Origin: Octopus sinensis
Taxonomy: Eukaryota
Length of the DNA stretch: 18,479 nucleotides
Direction of reading: 5' to 3'
NCBI RefSeq assembly: GCF_006345805.1
Contig: NW_021824480.1
Span: forward strand, 1-18,479
A model generated the notes under the pieces. The model had not been told where the DNA came from and ran no database searches. It saw only the letters and a program-made list of their open reading frames with translations. Positions 1 through 12,272 of the stretch are shown one piece after another. The first letter of the stretch is position 1. Every line of letters starts with the position of its first letter. The position numbers and the translations under genes were made by a program.

Positions 1-507
1 GAGAGACAAACAAACGTTGGAGTCAGGGTTTCGAATGAGACGAAACGTAGAATAACAAAAATTAAAATATATACAATTAATGAGAATGAGTGAATAACAA
101 AAAATGAAGCGGAGATACGGTTGACCACAAACCAAGACTCAACTGAAGACTTCGATTTCTCCTTTCTACATTTCGACAGGTACTTTCACTTGCAACATAG
201 CTAAGACTCCATACGAAACAATAGTGACTTTATCCATTTTCTACAATTAAAACAGGAATCGTGCATAAACCAAGCAAATAGTAGCGCAATCGTAGAACGT
301 TTGACCGCTAGACAACCACACTTAACGAACGACAGTCTTCTCCATATTCCTTTTACTTGATCATTCCCTCCGCACTTTAATTCAACATTGATATTACAAT
401 CGTTTCACTCGAACCAAGGACTCGATAACCACACTGCAGTAAAGTAGACTACGTCCTTTCTACTAGAACGATTAAACACCTTTCTGCGTACGCACACTTT
501 CGTTACA
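1..507 (-). mobile_element. LTR-like sequence (partial, runs off window) inserted into the 3' end of Tx1 ORF2
   Basis: Similarity between Tx1 copy 1 and copy 2 (KIRLEK..LS vs KIRLGKQYLSREKFEMRW) stops abruptly at ~508. The minus strand then begins TGTAACG, a typical LTR TGT start, and continues as non-coding sequence. The other end and the TSD are outside the window. Confidence 0.5.
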
Positions 508-3500
508 CACACTGCGACAGGCATCTTTCTCCAGCCTTATTTTCCGTTTCATGTGGAAAACGAAAAAGTCGATTAGCTCGAGACTGGAGATAAACAGGCC
601 TGTTGCAATTCCTTTTACTCTCGTCCTCCACACTACTTCTTTCGCCATAGCAACTACCGAAATAAACCAGGCTCGCTCCTCCCTATTCAGGAAGGTCGGC
701 GGAACTATCTTAATTACAGATTCGCTCGACAGTTGTACTCTTCTCGAATGCGACAGCAGGTGTTCGACATAAGCCCAGAGTTCAGTCACCTTCGGGCATT
801 GCACAATTGCGTGCAGGACAGTTTCACTGTCCCTCTTACATCTTGCACAAACCGGCGAAGGTGCACACCCAGGTCTAAAGAGCTTATCTCGAACCGGTAA
901 AGCTCCTTTGTAACATTGCCAGGCCAGGGACTTTTGGTAATTATCCATAGGCCCCGGACCGAATGTTCTTTGGAACAGGCTGGCCAGTTGATTTTCGTCG
1001 AAGCCCAGAGTTTCTCCTAGGACGTCGTCACACTTAAACTCTACTAACCCTCTATAGAAGAACGAGGTAGTACCCCCGCCACCGGCGTTGCCCGACTGGG
1101 AGAGAAGCACGAGTGCCTGATAGCACTCTGCATGCCACATGCCCAACCTCGGTCTACACTTGATCCATGGGTTCAGTTCGTTAAACGATGTGAACTGTGG
1201 AAATAACAGCTTGACAAACGGAGACCACACCTGCTCACCGTCCAGGTAAATCCAGAGGTGCCTAAGCCTGAGCGCATTTTTAGCCACGGCATCCCTAACC
1301 CACCCTTCAGCGGCTTTTGGCAGCAAATAGAGCGCCTTACAAGAGGTCTGCTGCCCCTCCACAAAAAGCGAAAGATCATGCGTTCCAGTTTGTTCAGCCA
1401 CGAATCGGGGCAAGGCACGACGGTCAGGCGGTAAGTGATTACAGAGGCGATAAACACTTCTGCAACCTCCGCCCTCCCTTTCAAGGACAGCTTCCGCTCA
1501 GACCATGTCTGAGTTAGGAGAGCCACCTTTCTCGCCACCTCGCTCCAGTTCTTCTCTATCTGGAGATCTGGACCTAACCAGATCCCAAGCATTTTCACCG
1601 GTCCTTCCGTCCAACGTCCTACAACGCTGTCGGAAGACATCGACTTGCCCCTCCAGGTGCCGAGTTGCAAGCCGACCGATTTATCCCGGTTGACTTTCGC
1701 TCCTGCCACCGTTTCGTAGTCCCTTAAGGCCTCACCCACCCACTGTAGGTGCTCGACTCGGGAAACGATGATGGTGATGTCGTCCGCATACGCCGAAGCT
1801 GACTTTCCACACCCTAGATCTTGCGGAGTGCCTCTCATAGTTTCCAACCTACTCAGCAACGGCTCGAGGGCCAAAACGTAGAGAAGCGGGGAGAGAGGAC
1901 ACTCTTGACGTACCGAACGTTCAAGGCTGAACGGCTCCGAAAGGAAACCATTTACCCGAACTACCGATTCGATGTTGCTGTATAAAGCGATGATCCATCC
2001 GCGGAAGGTCGGGCCGAAGCCAGCCGCCGCCAGATGCTGATGGTCCACCCTATCAAACGCTTTCGATTGGTCCTAGTAGACCATAGCCCCACTCTTGCCA
2101 GGAATCCTATTTACCCTTTCTAAGGCAAAGCGTAGAAAGTGGAGATTGTCGTGGATGGTCCTTCCAGGGATGGCGCAAGTTTGCGCCTCGCCAACAAGTT
2201 CACCCACGACCCGCGCCAACCTTTTTGCTAAGACCTTGGCCAAGATCTTCAACTCTGCGTTAAGCAGAGTGATAGGCCGGAAATTATCAATTAAATCCCC
2301 CTTGTTTGGGTCCTTTCTTAACAGCGCTACCACCCCTCGGCTCACAAACTTAGGAATTCTCCCGTTCTGCTGCCAGTTGGTGTACACGCATGCAAGTAGG
2401 TGCCCAAACAAGTCTGGCATGCTACTATAGAGTTCGTAAGGCAGATCATCGAGTCCCGGCGATTTGTCCCCGCCGCAGTCTGCCAACATATCCTCGACTT
2501 CTTTGGCTGTGATCGGCGCCTCACAAGATTCCGCGTCCGGCCTCGATAGACGCGGCGAACCGGCTAGGAACTCTGCGAGCTTCTCCCCGCGCTCCAGCTC
2601 GCCGCTCCTCCCGAATAGCTGGCGCGAAATGATCATGAAACACCTTGCACATCTCCTCGGGTTCGTTTACTAATCGACCATTTGGGCCCGTCAAGGATCG
2701 AATGGTTGAGTTGTTGCCATGCTGGCCCTCTACCACCCAGGCCCATCCGACTGCGTTGATCCCTTCCTGTCTCATTGCACGGATCTTAGCCCTGACAATG
2801 CACCCTTCATGTTTAGCTTTGAGATGTTGGTCGAGTGCTAACCTCGCCGCTAACACTTTCGATGCCCTGCCTGATCTCATTGCCTCTTCTATTGCCTTAA
2901 CTAGTTCCTTTTCTACTTTGTTTCTAGCACTAGCTAGTTCTTTGCTAAACCTAATTGACTCAAATTTGATGGCTCTTTTCAGGGCGTACCACCATTTGTT
3001 GTTGATAATGGATCCGGTTAACGCCCTCATTACTAATTGTTTAATCCGATTCCTGTAGGCTTCACAGTCCAATAGTGACTTGTTTAGCTTCCAGTAACCG
3101 GTACCTCGTCTACACATGCTATCTATGTCGAGCGTACAGGTCACTAATTTGTGATCGCTGTAGCTGACGATATGGTGTTGTGGACAGCTAAGTATTTTCT
3201 TATCTTTCCTTCTAGTTATGATTCTATCGATGTAAGATCTGGACGCCCCGTCGTTTCTTGCCCAGGTCCACGCTGGAGTGTCTGGATGGTCCAGTCTGAA
3301 TCTATCTGCCAATTCGAAACGACTTAGCATATCGTTGAGGTGAGGTAATCCCCTCCTATTCTTTCTCGAGCCAACATAATCTACGCTTGCATCGCAAATT
3401 ATGTTGAAGTCACCTAGCAATACTAACGTGTTCGACGTGCCAAGAAAATTCTCTAGGCTTTTGAAATACTCTTTCTGCCCGGCTTTTCCTTCGCAGGGAG

Positions 3501-3843
3501 CAGAGACAGCGACCAGCCTGAACACTTTACCACTTCTGTGCGTCACATCCAAAACAACCAACCTGCCTTCCGGATCTATAAAGACAGTTCTAATCTCTAA
3601 ATCCAGGTTTTTCCTGACCAGCACTGCCACTCCTCCTCCCCCTCCAGGTCGACAGGGAGAAACGTATTTCTCGTAGCCGTTTAGAAGGGGCATAAAGGCC
3701 TGCAGCCCACTCAGTCTGGATTCGGTAATTACCACTACATCCAAACGATGCGACCTAAGGTCGTTAAGGAGGTAGCCTTGCTTCCAATACGACCCCAGGC
3801 CGCGAATATTTATACAACCGAGTTTAAACGAGAATGTGAAAAA
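508..3843 (-). pseudogene. Tx1 ORF2 (APE endonuclease - reverse transcriptase - Cys-rich C-terminus), disrupted
   Basis: EN motifs: CINIRGL, VITE, LGDFN, IDRI, SDH. RT motifs: KSPG, FRPITLLN, DQSKAFDRVDH, PLSPLLY, YADD (1779-1790). Also GGLG and CARC..ETVLH..C. Disrupted by frameshifts near 2630, 1275 and 523, and by a TAG at 2073. Confidence 0.92.
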
Positions 3844-3862
3844 TTAGTCGAAAGTTTAAAAC

Positions 3863-5377
3863 TTACTGTTTTAACGGAAGAGAGGGTGTAGTTTCACCCT
3901 CCTCTTTTCTGTTTGTGAGTGTTGTGTTTTGCGAGGTCAGTTTTTTTGCGTATTGCCTGTACAGATGGCTCTATAGTATAAAATTCTACATTTTCAGAAA
4001 TAGTATTATTTACATCTGTTGCGATATATTTTTTCGGCGATTTCATTAAAATAATTTGGTCTCTTAATAGTTTATTATTTTTATTTATCGCCGTGAAGGT
4101 GTTTCTTTTTTTAATGTTAGGCGATTGTGGAGGGGTGTGTGTGCGTGTGTTGTGGGGGTATGTGTGCTTGTAGAAGCGTGGGTGTGCTTGTGGTAGGTGT
4201 GTGTGTTTGTGTGTGCTTTTTCCAGTGTGTATGTTTTTTGGCTACGTGTGAGTTAGCGACTGTATTTGTGGGTGTGGGTGTGCTTGTCTGTCTCGGAGCA
4301 TAGTCCTGTGTATCCGAAGAGGGTGGGTTTTTCCGTTTCCGTCTTCCTTTTGAGGTTCTACGGTGACCCACTCCTGGATGTTATTGTTGATGTTGTCGTC
4401 GTCGTTGTTGTTGTTGATTTCTCCCGCTGTCGGCTGAACTTCGGCAATTGGGGTGCGCGACGTGTGGCTGCTATTTCTAGCGGTGGGTGTTGTTGTCTTC
4501 GGCGTCGTGCTTGCCTTTTCGGCAGCATTTTCTTTGGCTGTCTTCTTCTTACAGCTCGACCTTATGTGGGCTTTCTCGCCACATTCGTAACATCATGGCT
4601 TTCTCCCTCGACTACTTGTGAGGGAACTGGGCACTTTTTCTAAGTCTGAGGGGTTTGCTTGGATCACAAGCTCTAAATCTTGTCCAAACCAGTTCATGTG
4701 GCGATATCTCTTAGACTGAAGAATGGCAATTTCATCCTCTTTGCCTAAGAGAATAGCGGCTATGACAAACGCCACATCTATTTCGGGTGGAATATCCGTG
4801 ACCGTTATTTTTGAAGTTCTCTTTCCTAAATAAGTCGGGAGAAGAACTACATCTTCCGACTTCAATGTCCTTGTTGAATGTTCCCTAGCTTTTTCTTCGC
4901 AAGGGAAACGCACCTCTACAGTGCCAAAGCGACTACCCCTCGTTATAAAACTTGTTTGTTGCCATATCGGCCTCAAGCATTTTTCTATGGCTTCCCTCGG
5001 CACGAAGTCAATTTTTCTATTTTTCACATGATATGTTTTGTATATTACCGTCTTCTCTCCGTCGCGTAAATTAATTCACTGGGAGGGAGCAACTTCACAT
5101 TATCACCTTCTTTTTTTAGTAAACCTTGGTATTTCTTTAATTCTTCTTTGTTAATAACTATATTATCACAGGGGCGAGTTGCTGCACTCGCAAAATTTAC
5201 TTTTGACTTTTCCTGTTGTGTAGTAGCCTCGCTAGACATCTTGTCGTCTTCTTTAGTAATGCGCGCGTGAGACGCCTCTTTACTTTTACCTTCCTCCTCC
5301 CACATTTTCGCCTTCATGCCTTCAAACAAATTTTCAAAGTTTTCCTCCGACTCGGAAGAAATTGGTGGCAAATTCAT
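3863..5377 (-). pseudogene. Tx1 ORF1 (gag-like nucleic-acid-binding protein), disrupted
   Basis: Starts MNLPPISSESE (ATG at 5377) and spans ORF pieces 5045-5509, 4593-5027 and 4117-4371. The knuckle CYECGEKAHIRSSC at 4551-4592 lies in frame right after a TGA at 4593-4595. A Thr/Pro/His-rich low-complexity tail follows. Confidence 0.8.
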
Positions 5378-5579
5378 GTTTTTCGTCGCTTCGCCCCTGA
5401 AACAAGGGGGAAAGAAGAGCAAAACTCTGCTGCAGCAGCAGAAAAGAAGGGGTCTCGACGACCAAAACAGCAAATTTTCACAATTTTCAGCACAAAAACA
5501 ATCTTTCACTGCGGAGCAAAGAATAACACGACCGATCAGAGAGAGAGCGGTAATTATTGTTTTCTTTCTCTGTTTCCCT

Positions 5580-6035
5580 TGTAACAGGATGAGAGTTCAG
5601 GAACACTGGTGGGGTGTCCGGTCTGATCTTGTCACATACAAGTTGAAGAAACGGAACCAAAGTCAGGCTGTCTTCAATAACAACAATAGTAGTTTATTCT
5701 GCGGTTCACAGGTAAAACATATACATATGTATTTCTTGTGGGGAAACTGGCAGCCGAGTCCACAGGACTGTTTACAATGTTCACTCGTGTGAGCCAAGAA
5801 GATACGGTGTTCGTTCCCGCTTCGAAGTGAGAGCTTCTCTGTGCGTAGGGTGTTCCCTGAGAGAAGTCGAGCCACGTCCGATCGCTAGCTTGCTCTGCTA
5901 GAAAGACCGATTTAGTGGTCACGCTTTCAGGTTGAAGTTCCTGCGCATGCGCACATGAGGAAACTTCTGGTGGCCAACCGGAGGTAATCCAATTCTGCGC
6001 ATGTGCACTGAAACTTACACAGAAGTGTCACTACA
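5580..6035 (-). mobile_element. Solo LTR (Gypsy-like, 456 bp)
   Basis: Minus strand starts TGTAGTG and ends GTTACA (TGTA/TACA termini). AATAAA lies at ~5693-5698 on the minus strand. Flanks CCCT (5576-5579) and CCAT (6036-6039) form a 4-bp TSD with one mismatch. Confidence 0.75.
5942..6007. promoter_or_regulatory. Two NRF1-type motifs in the LTR U3 region
   Basis: TGCGCATGCGCA (5942-5953) is a perfect palindromic consensus; TGCGCATGTGCA (5996-6007) has one mismatch. Confidence 0.5.
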
Positions 6036-6212
6036 CCATAATTCTTGTCTTTATTTTTGGCTCTCTAATTTCGTTTTTGTTCACCTCCACCCACCTCTTT
6101 CTCATTTTCAGGAGTTATTCTTTTTACACTATCCCCAATTCCGCATCTCAAAGCTGGCTCTCGTTTATCAAACAGACCGGCGAAGCTTAGGTTACCTTCA
6201 GACGGTTCTGAA

Positions 6213-6490
6213 ATCACCATCATCCTCATCATTGTTATCATCACCATCATCATCCTCCCCATCATCATCACCATCATTATTATCAGTATCATCGTCATTT
6301 TACGTTTGTCTTCCATGCTGTCATTAGTTGAACTGTTTGGCAGAATCTGATAAGCCAGAGGATTGTGTTGAGTGCCAATGTCTGCTTTTTACGACAGTTT
6401 CTACAGATGGGTGTCCTTCCTATTACCAGTCATTTTACAGAGTGTACTGGATGTTCTTTTAAGAGTATTGTCACTAATGAGGCCACAAAG
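6213..6490. repeat. (CAT)n tract plus decayed interspersed repeat (same family as 13178-13300)
   Basis: Degenerate CAT repeat at 6213-6299, then TTTTACGTTTGTCTTCCATGCTG..., which resembles TTTAAACATCTGTTGTCTGTGCTGGCATG at ~13198. Confidence 0.6.
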
Positions 6491-6959
6491 TAACTCAATT
6501 CTGAATTTCAGTTTGGAAAGAAGTGAAGGAAAATAGGAATGGATCAGGGAAGATGAGGTGATAAGTGGCAATACTTAAAGGGTCAGTTGTGGAGAGAAAT
6601 AGAGAGATGATGTGAAGCGTGTGGAGTTGGAGAGAGAGGTGAGTACTGTACAGAGGTATATAAAAGTCAAAATTAATATGCAAAGCTGTTTAGGGTTAAT
6701 GGGGCATTCAGTGGAAAATATAGTGGTAAGAGGTAATATTGCGAATAAAAGATGGTTGACAAGAGAAGTGGTGCCAAAAACAAAAGTTGGAGTTGGATGA
6801 AATATGTGCAGCTTTGTTCTTGTAATTACAGTATTTGAGTAAATAGTGCTATAATTAAAAGAGTGATGAAGGGGCTGATGTTATAAAGATGAGTTGTAGA
6901 GAAGGTTTGATTGGGACAGATGTTTTGTAGGGTTATAGGCGTATATAATATGCTTTTAG

Positions 6960-7530
6960 GATCTCATTTTTTGGTTGAGATAAAAAGGTCTTCTTGAGCA
7001 CAGCAAGTCACCAGTCATCTCTGTTTTTATCATCTCTTGCATGAGGCTCAATATCATGAAATCGATCTTCATTACTTCATCCCATATCTTCCTGGGTTTC
7101 CCTTTTCTATAAATTCCATCTACATTTAGCACATCAATGTGCATCACAGTACCATACCAGTGTAGTCTTCTTCCTTGCACACTACATCGGATAACTCTTA
7201 TACCCAATTTTTCTCTCAGCAGATTTGCACTTTGTAGCATATTGCATATTGACTTTGCACATCTGGTAAAGCATGCTAATTTCATTTCTTTGCAACCTTT
7301 ACATGTCTTCTGCTTTCGAGGACTATGTTTCACTACCATTTAGCATTGCTGTTCATGCACAATATCAGTCTGAGAGAGACGCTTTTTGATACCAACAGAG
7401 GTAATAGCTCTCAGAAGTTTCTTCACTCACTTCTAATTTTAGCAACTGTGCTTTCAGAACATCCTACTCCTCTACTAATTAGGTCATCTAGTTAACAGCA
7501 ACAACCTACTATCTATAAGTAGATTAAATG
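6960..7530 (-). mobile_element. RTE-clade LINE 3' fragment, decayed
   Basis: Remnant translation DLISRGVGCSES..ELLPLL..AMLNGSET and LREKLGI..RRLHWYGTVMH..GKPRKIWDEV, typical of the RTE post-RT region. Confidence 0.75.
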
Positions 7531-7914
7531 ACATTAAAACATAATAATATGGAATTTACTACACAGATAAATGTGATTGTTTTTTGAATATTCACTTTGT
7601 CAGCTGTCACTGACTGAATGTAATATGTAGTAAGTGTTGAGTCACAGGTGATTGGTACATATACCACCCAGGAAGAGACAAATGAACAAAGCAATTATTT
7701 TATATAATGAAAATAAAGGCATTGGAGGGGCAATGCATATCCTATGCACAGATTATTTTTCATAAACTATAGTGTAGATTGTAATGTGTTGCTTGCCCAT
7801 GCTTTTTAATTGAACTGAATTAATTTTTTTTAAAGTATCGCCATTAAAGGTATTTATACTCCAGTGAAATTAAGTAATCAACTCCTCTATAGGCAAAACC
7901 CTGAAATCCATCAG

Positions 7915-7970
7915 TGTACACACTCACACACACATACATACACACGCACATGCACACATACATACACGCA
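7915..7970. repeat. (CA/TACA)n microsatellite
   Basis: Direct reading of the sequence. Confidence 0.85.
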
Positions 7971-7998
7971 GTTGCAGCTCTATGTATGTTTATATGAC

Positions 7999-8377
7999 TT
8001 TTACTCTTTTTACTCTTTTACTTGTTTCAGTCATTTGACTGTGGCCATGCTGGAGCACCACCTTTAGATGAGCAAATCAACCTCAGGACTTATTCTTTTG
8101 TAAGCCCAGTACTTATTCTATCGGTCTCTTTTGCTGAACTGCTAAGTTACAGCGACGTAAAACACACCAGCATCGGTTGTCAAGCAATGTTGGTGGAGAC
8201 ACACACAAACACACATATATATACATATACATATATACGATGGGCTTCTTTCAGTTTCCATCTACAAAATCCACTCACAAAGCTTTGGTCGGCCTGAGGC
8301 TATAGTAGAAACACTTGCCCAAGGTGCCACTCAGTGGGACTGAACCAGAAACCATGTGGTTGGTAAGGAAGCTACTT
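7999..8377 (-). mobile_element. tRNA-derived SINE (Octopus-type), 5' box A region missing
   Basis: Box B-like GGTTCAGTCCC (8336-8346, minus) followed by CORE-like GTGGCACCTTGGGCAAGTG (8312-8330), an internal TA/TG microsatellite and a (GTAAAAGA)n-type tail at 7999-8021. Confidence 0.8.
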
Positions 8378-11300
8378 TATTTCAATAAATTTGCCATGTA
8401 GGCATAATACAAAGGGGACAAACAAGGACAGACAAACATAGAATAGTGAAGTAGCTTAAAGCGTTGTTATGAATTGATTAAAAATATGAAAAAGGCGAAT
8501 AATTAAAAATAAAATAATATAAATACCTTGCGTTATGCAACGTGACACCGAAAGAAAGGCATCTGACATCAGGGTGGGGCCTTTGCTTTTCTTCCAGCTC
8601 TCCACATACTTGGTGCCAATCACTCCCAGCTTTCTTACCACAGGCTTCCATCTCATCTCGAATTTCTCACGTGACAGGTACTGCTTCCCCAGCCTGATCT
8701 TGCTGTTGAGGTGGTAACTAAAAATTTGACCAACCCTTAGTCAGATACAAAAGCACCCATCACAATCCCTTTCACATGTGTCTTCCATACCGTTTCTTTT
8801 AAAATGGCTACCACACCATAAAAACAGGCCTTCCTTTCCCTGCTAAGAGAAGAAAGCAGCACAATCTTGATGATGGATTCAGCTGATAGCTGTACTCTTC
8901 CCATCGATGACAACAGTCGTTCTGTGAAAGCTATCAATCCCGATAATTGCGGACATCCCACGAATGCATGCAAGATGGTTTCCCTGTCCTGCCCACATCT
9001 CGAACATGATGGTGAGGTGGCACTTCCGTGCCTTGAAAGCTTATCACGAACCAGTAACACCACATGGAAGCACTGCCAAGCAAGGGATTTCTGGTAATTA
9101 TCCAGATACCCTGTCCCGAATGTTCTCCTGAACAGGTTGATCAACTGATTTTCATCGTAGCCCAGGGTCTCCCCCAAGGCGTCTTCAGACATGAATCCCT
9201 CTAACCCACTATAAAAATCTGTGGTGGAACTTCTGCTGCCGGCATTGTCTGCCCGAGAGTGCCTTATGTCACTCCAAATGCCAATCCCCTAGTTTAGGTC
9301 TCTGCTTGATCCATGTACCAGGTTTGTTAAGGACTTTAACCTCGGAAGGTAGAACCAGACGTGCAGTTACCACACCTGTTCTCCATCCAGGTAAATCCAG
9401 AGGTGTCTCAGCTGTAACACAAATTTTTCATCCTCAGAAAAGGCATCCCTAGCTCACCCTTCAGTGGCTTCTGGCAGCAGACAGAGCGCTTCACAAGAGG
9501 CTTTCCTCCTTTCCACAGAAAGCAGAAAAAGATTCTCTCCAACTTGTTCAGCCACAAATCAGGGCAAGGCACCATGGTCAGACGGTAGGTGATAACAGAT
9601 GCTATAAACATCTACACCAACTCCACCTCCCTTAGCAAGGATAACATCTGCCCAGACTAAGTCTGGGTCAGAGCAGTCACCTTACTGGCTACCTCACTCC
9701 AATATTTCTCTATCTGGAGGTCTGGTCCAAACCAGACGCCAAAGCAGCTAACAGGACCTTCTGTCCAATGCCCTACAACATTATTGGACGTCATCGGCTT
9801 GCCTCTCCACGTGCTGAGTTGCAAACCGACTGACTTGTCCTTGTTAACCTTTGTTCCCGCCACCACCTCATAACTTTTGATGGCCTCTTCCACCACTGGA
9901 AGCTGGCTCTCATCCACCACAATGATGGAGATGTCATCCACATACACTGTAGCTCCACCTCCACACCACAGATCATTCGGTGTGCCTCCTAGTGCTTCCA
10001 GCTTCTGCAGCAATCACTCAAGAGCCAGTACATACAAAAGCGGAGACAGGGGATACCCCTGACGCACTGAGAGTTCGATCCTGAATGGTTTCGAGAAGAA
10101 TCCATTTACTTTGACTGCAGAATCGATGTTGCTGTACAAAGCAGCAATCCAACCATGGAAGGTTGGGCCTAGGCCAGCCTTTCCAAGGACTACTGCCAAG
10201 TACCGATGGTCGACCCTATCAAACGCTTTAGACTGGTCTAAATGTACCAGTGCCCCTCCTGTGCCAGAAAGATTCCCTACCCTCTCTAAGGTGTAACATT
10301 GAAGATGGAGATTGTCACGGATCAACCTGCCCGGGATCACCTTCCAGCACCTCAATCACCTCCTCGGCTGTGATTGACCCTTCACAGCACTCAGCTTCTC
10401 ACACCGAGAGACATGGGCCACCAGACAGGAAGCCCCTAAGGGCCTCATCATGATCCAGCTTCCCACTCATCCCGAACAACTCAGCAAAGTGTTCGTAAAG
10501 TGCCTCACACATCTCGTCTGTCTTTCGACTGAACTCCAACTATCATCAGTCAGAGACCTAATTGTGGCATCATTGCCACACTGGGTTTCTACCGTACGGG
10601 CTTATCTGGCAACATTAATTCAGTTATTAACCATCAGTTATTAACCACAGAGCCGGTTAACGCCTCTATACTAATTCCTTAATCTGACTACGGCATGCTT
10701 CACAAGTCAAAATAGACTTGTTCAGCTTCCAGTAACCGGATCCTCTTAACTGCACTATCTATGTTCAGCTTACACCCAACCATTCTATGGTCCGTGTGTG
10801 TAGGATACTTGAACAAGATGTGGACAAATAAAGCTAGCCTTATCTCTAGCTCTTATCACTATCCTATCTAAGTAAGACTTGAACTTTCTATCGCCATTCA
10901 TCCAGGTTCACTCTGGGACATTCAGATGGTCAAGTCTGTAACAATCCTCTAGCTGAAATCGCTTAAGCAGATCTATGAGACGTGAGTTCATTTTCCTATC
11001 AATTGAGCCAACACTGTCAATGCGTGCATCAACGAGAGCATTATTGTCACCTAACACCATTAATGTCTTTGACGTTATGAGAAAGGTCTCTAGGCGTTGA
11101 TAAAAATTTGTTTGCAATCCTCTAGCACAGGGTGCATAGATTCCGATCAACCTGAAGGATCTACCACTGTACCTCATATCAAGGACGACCAGCCCACCTT
11201 CAGAGTCCACATAGAATGTACTTATCTGCAGAGTCAAGCCTTTTCAGACAAGTACTACTACACCCCCTCGACTTCCAGTCTGGCTAGGAGACATAGTTTT

Positions 11301-12272
11301 TTCATAGCCATTCAGGAGGGGCAAGAAGGTTTTCAAACTGTCCTGCTTGGTCTCTGTAGCAACCATCACATGTATATCATGTGATCTGAGGTCATCGAGG
11401 AGGCAAGCTTGCTTCCACTTCAAGCTCAGACCATGTACATTTAAGCACCCCAAGTTAAGTGAAACCATAAACCTGGGAGAAAAAAACAAAGGCTCTACTT
11501 ACCCTTACTTGGAGATTCTGGGGCCAATCTCACCAAACGTGAGTCAAGCCTCCTCCTTTCTGTCCTTCTCCAGGCATTCGGGTTGGTCTTTGACCCTCCT
11601 GATGCCTCTCAGATGCCTATCCTTCATCTGCCTGAATAGGTTTTCCCCCATCCAGGCACGATTCATATGTGTGTCATTTAGATTCAAAAGTTCACCGTAA
11701 TGTGTTGTGGAATTTGTCCTTCCAAGTAATTGTCTTTAGAGTCATATTCGATTAAATTGTTTCTTCATTCTTTTGTGTTTTTTCTGGGGCGATGGAGTGG
11801 GGTCTTTTTTTGTTATCTGTGGTGTAGGGTTGTCCTTTTTCCCGTGGGGATGTGGGTGGGGAAGGTGCATGTAAATGTTTGCGAATTGTTGTGAATTCCC
11901 CTTTGGACATCTCCATGGTGTCGTCTGGGGATGTTGTGTTTGAAATACAAGGTGCCTCAGAAATCAGGTAGGAGGCGGTTTTTTTTTATTAATGTGGGGT
12001 TTGTGTATGCTGGGGTTGGGTTTTCATTACTTTGTTGGAGGTGGCACCACAACAGGGAGATTGGGAGCATTTGTTTTTGTGTGTGAGCTAGTGTAGGTGT
12101 GGGTTGGGGATGTTTTGAATAGTTGTGGGGACTGGTGTCTGTAAGAGTTTTTTTATCTTTTTTCTTCTTTCCTCCTCTTCTTTTTTATTCACAATCGCTT
12201 CGAATGTGACCTTTTTTTTCCACATTCGAAGCAAGTGACCTTTTTATCCTCCGCTTGAACTCAGAGGGTAAC
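8376..12272 (-). mobile_element. Second Tx1-clade LINE, 5'-truncated within ORF1, heavily decayed, with internal deletions
   Basis: Collinear with copy 1: knuckle CFECG..GHIRSDC (12191-12233), MVSLNLGCLNVHGL, GYWKLN, DQSKAFDRVDH, YVDD (9933-9944) and CSRC..ETILH..C. The 3' UTR ends in AATAAA at 8376-8381. About 100 RT codons are missing at ~10340 and about 80 linker codons at ~10620. Confidence 0.9.

Larger units (their letters stand above)
508..5550 (-). mobile_element. Tx1-clade (L1 superfamily) non-LTR retrotransposon, near full length, 3' end interrupted
   Basis: Pyrimidine-rich 5' start (CCGCTCTCTCTCTG at ~5550). ORF1 has a CCHC knuckle. ORF2 has an APE endonuclease, a GYWKLN linker, an RT and a C-terminal CxxC..ETxxH..C motif. 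Confidence 0.92.

Noticed and set aside
3852-3862. UUUAAAC slippery heptamer between ORF1 and ORF2 of copy 1
   Set aside because: It lies after the apparent ORF1 stop, and ORF2 is in the +1 frame rather than -1.
1-6035. Tx1 flanked by two LTR-like sequences as one composite LTR element
   Set aside because: The two LTR-like sequences are not similar beyond TGTA, the 5580-6035 LTR has its own TSD, and the left one interrupts ORF2.
6095-6200. Possible host exon after the acceptor-like CTCATTTTCAG
   Set aside because: No convincing donor and no recognisable peptide.
6495-6950. Purine-rich stretch that might be a very old LINE 3' remnant
   Set aside because: No diagnostic motif could be read with confidence.
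10520-10550. CTGATGA...GAAA on the minus strand
   Set aside because: No proper stems II or III, and it lies in Tx1 ORF2 coding sequence, so it is a chance match.
12197-12232. 12-bp perfect inverted repeat over the copy 2 zinc-knuckle codons
   Set aside because: Only ~6 bp are retained in copy 1, so there is no evidence of conserved function.
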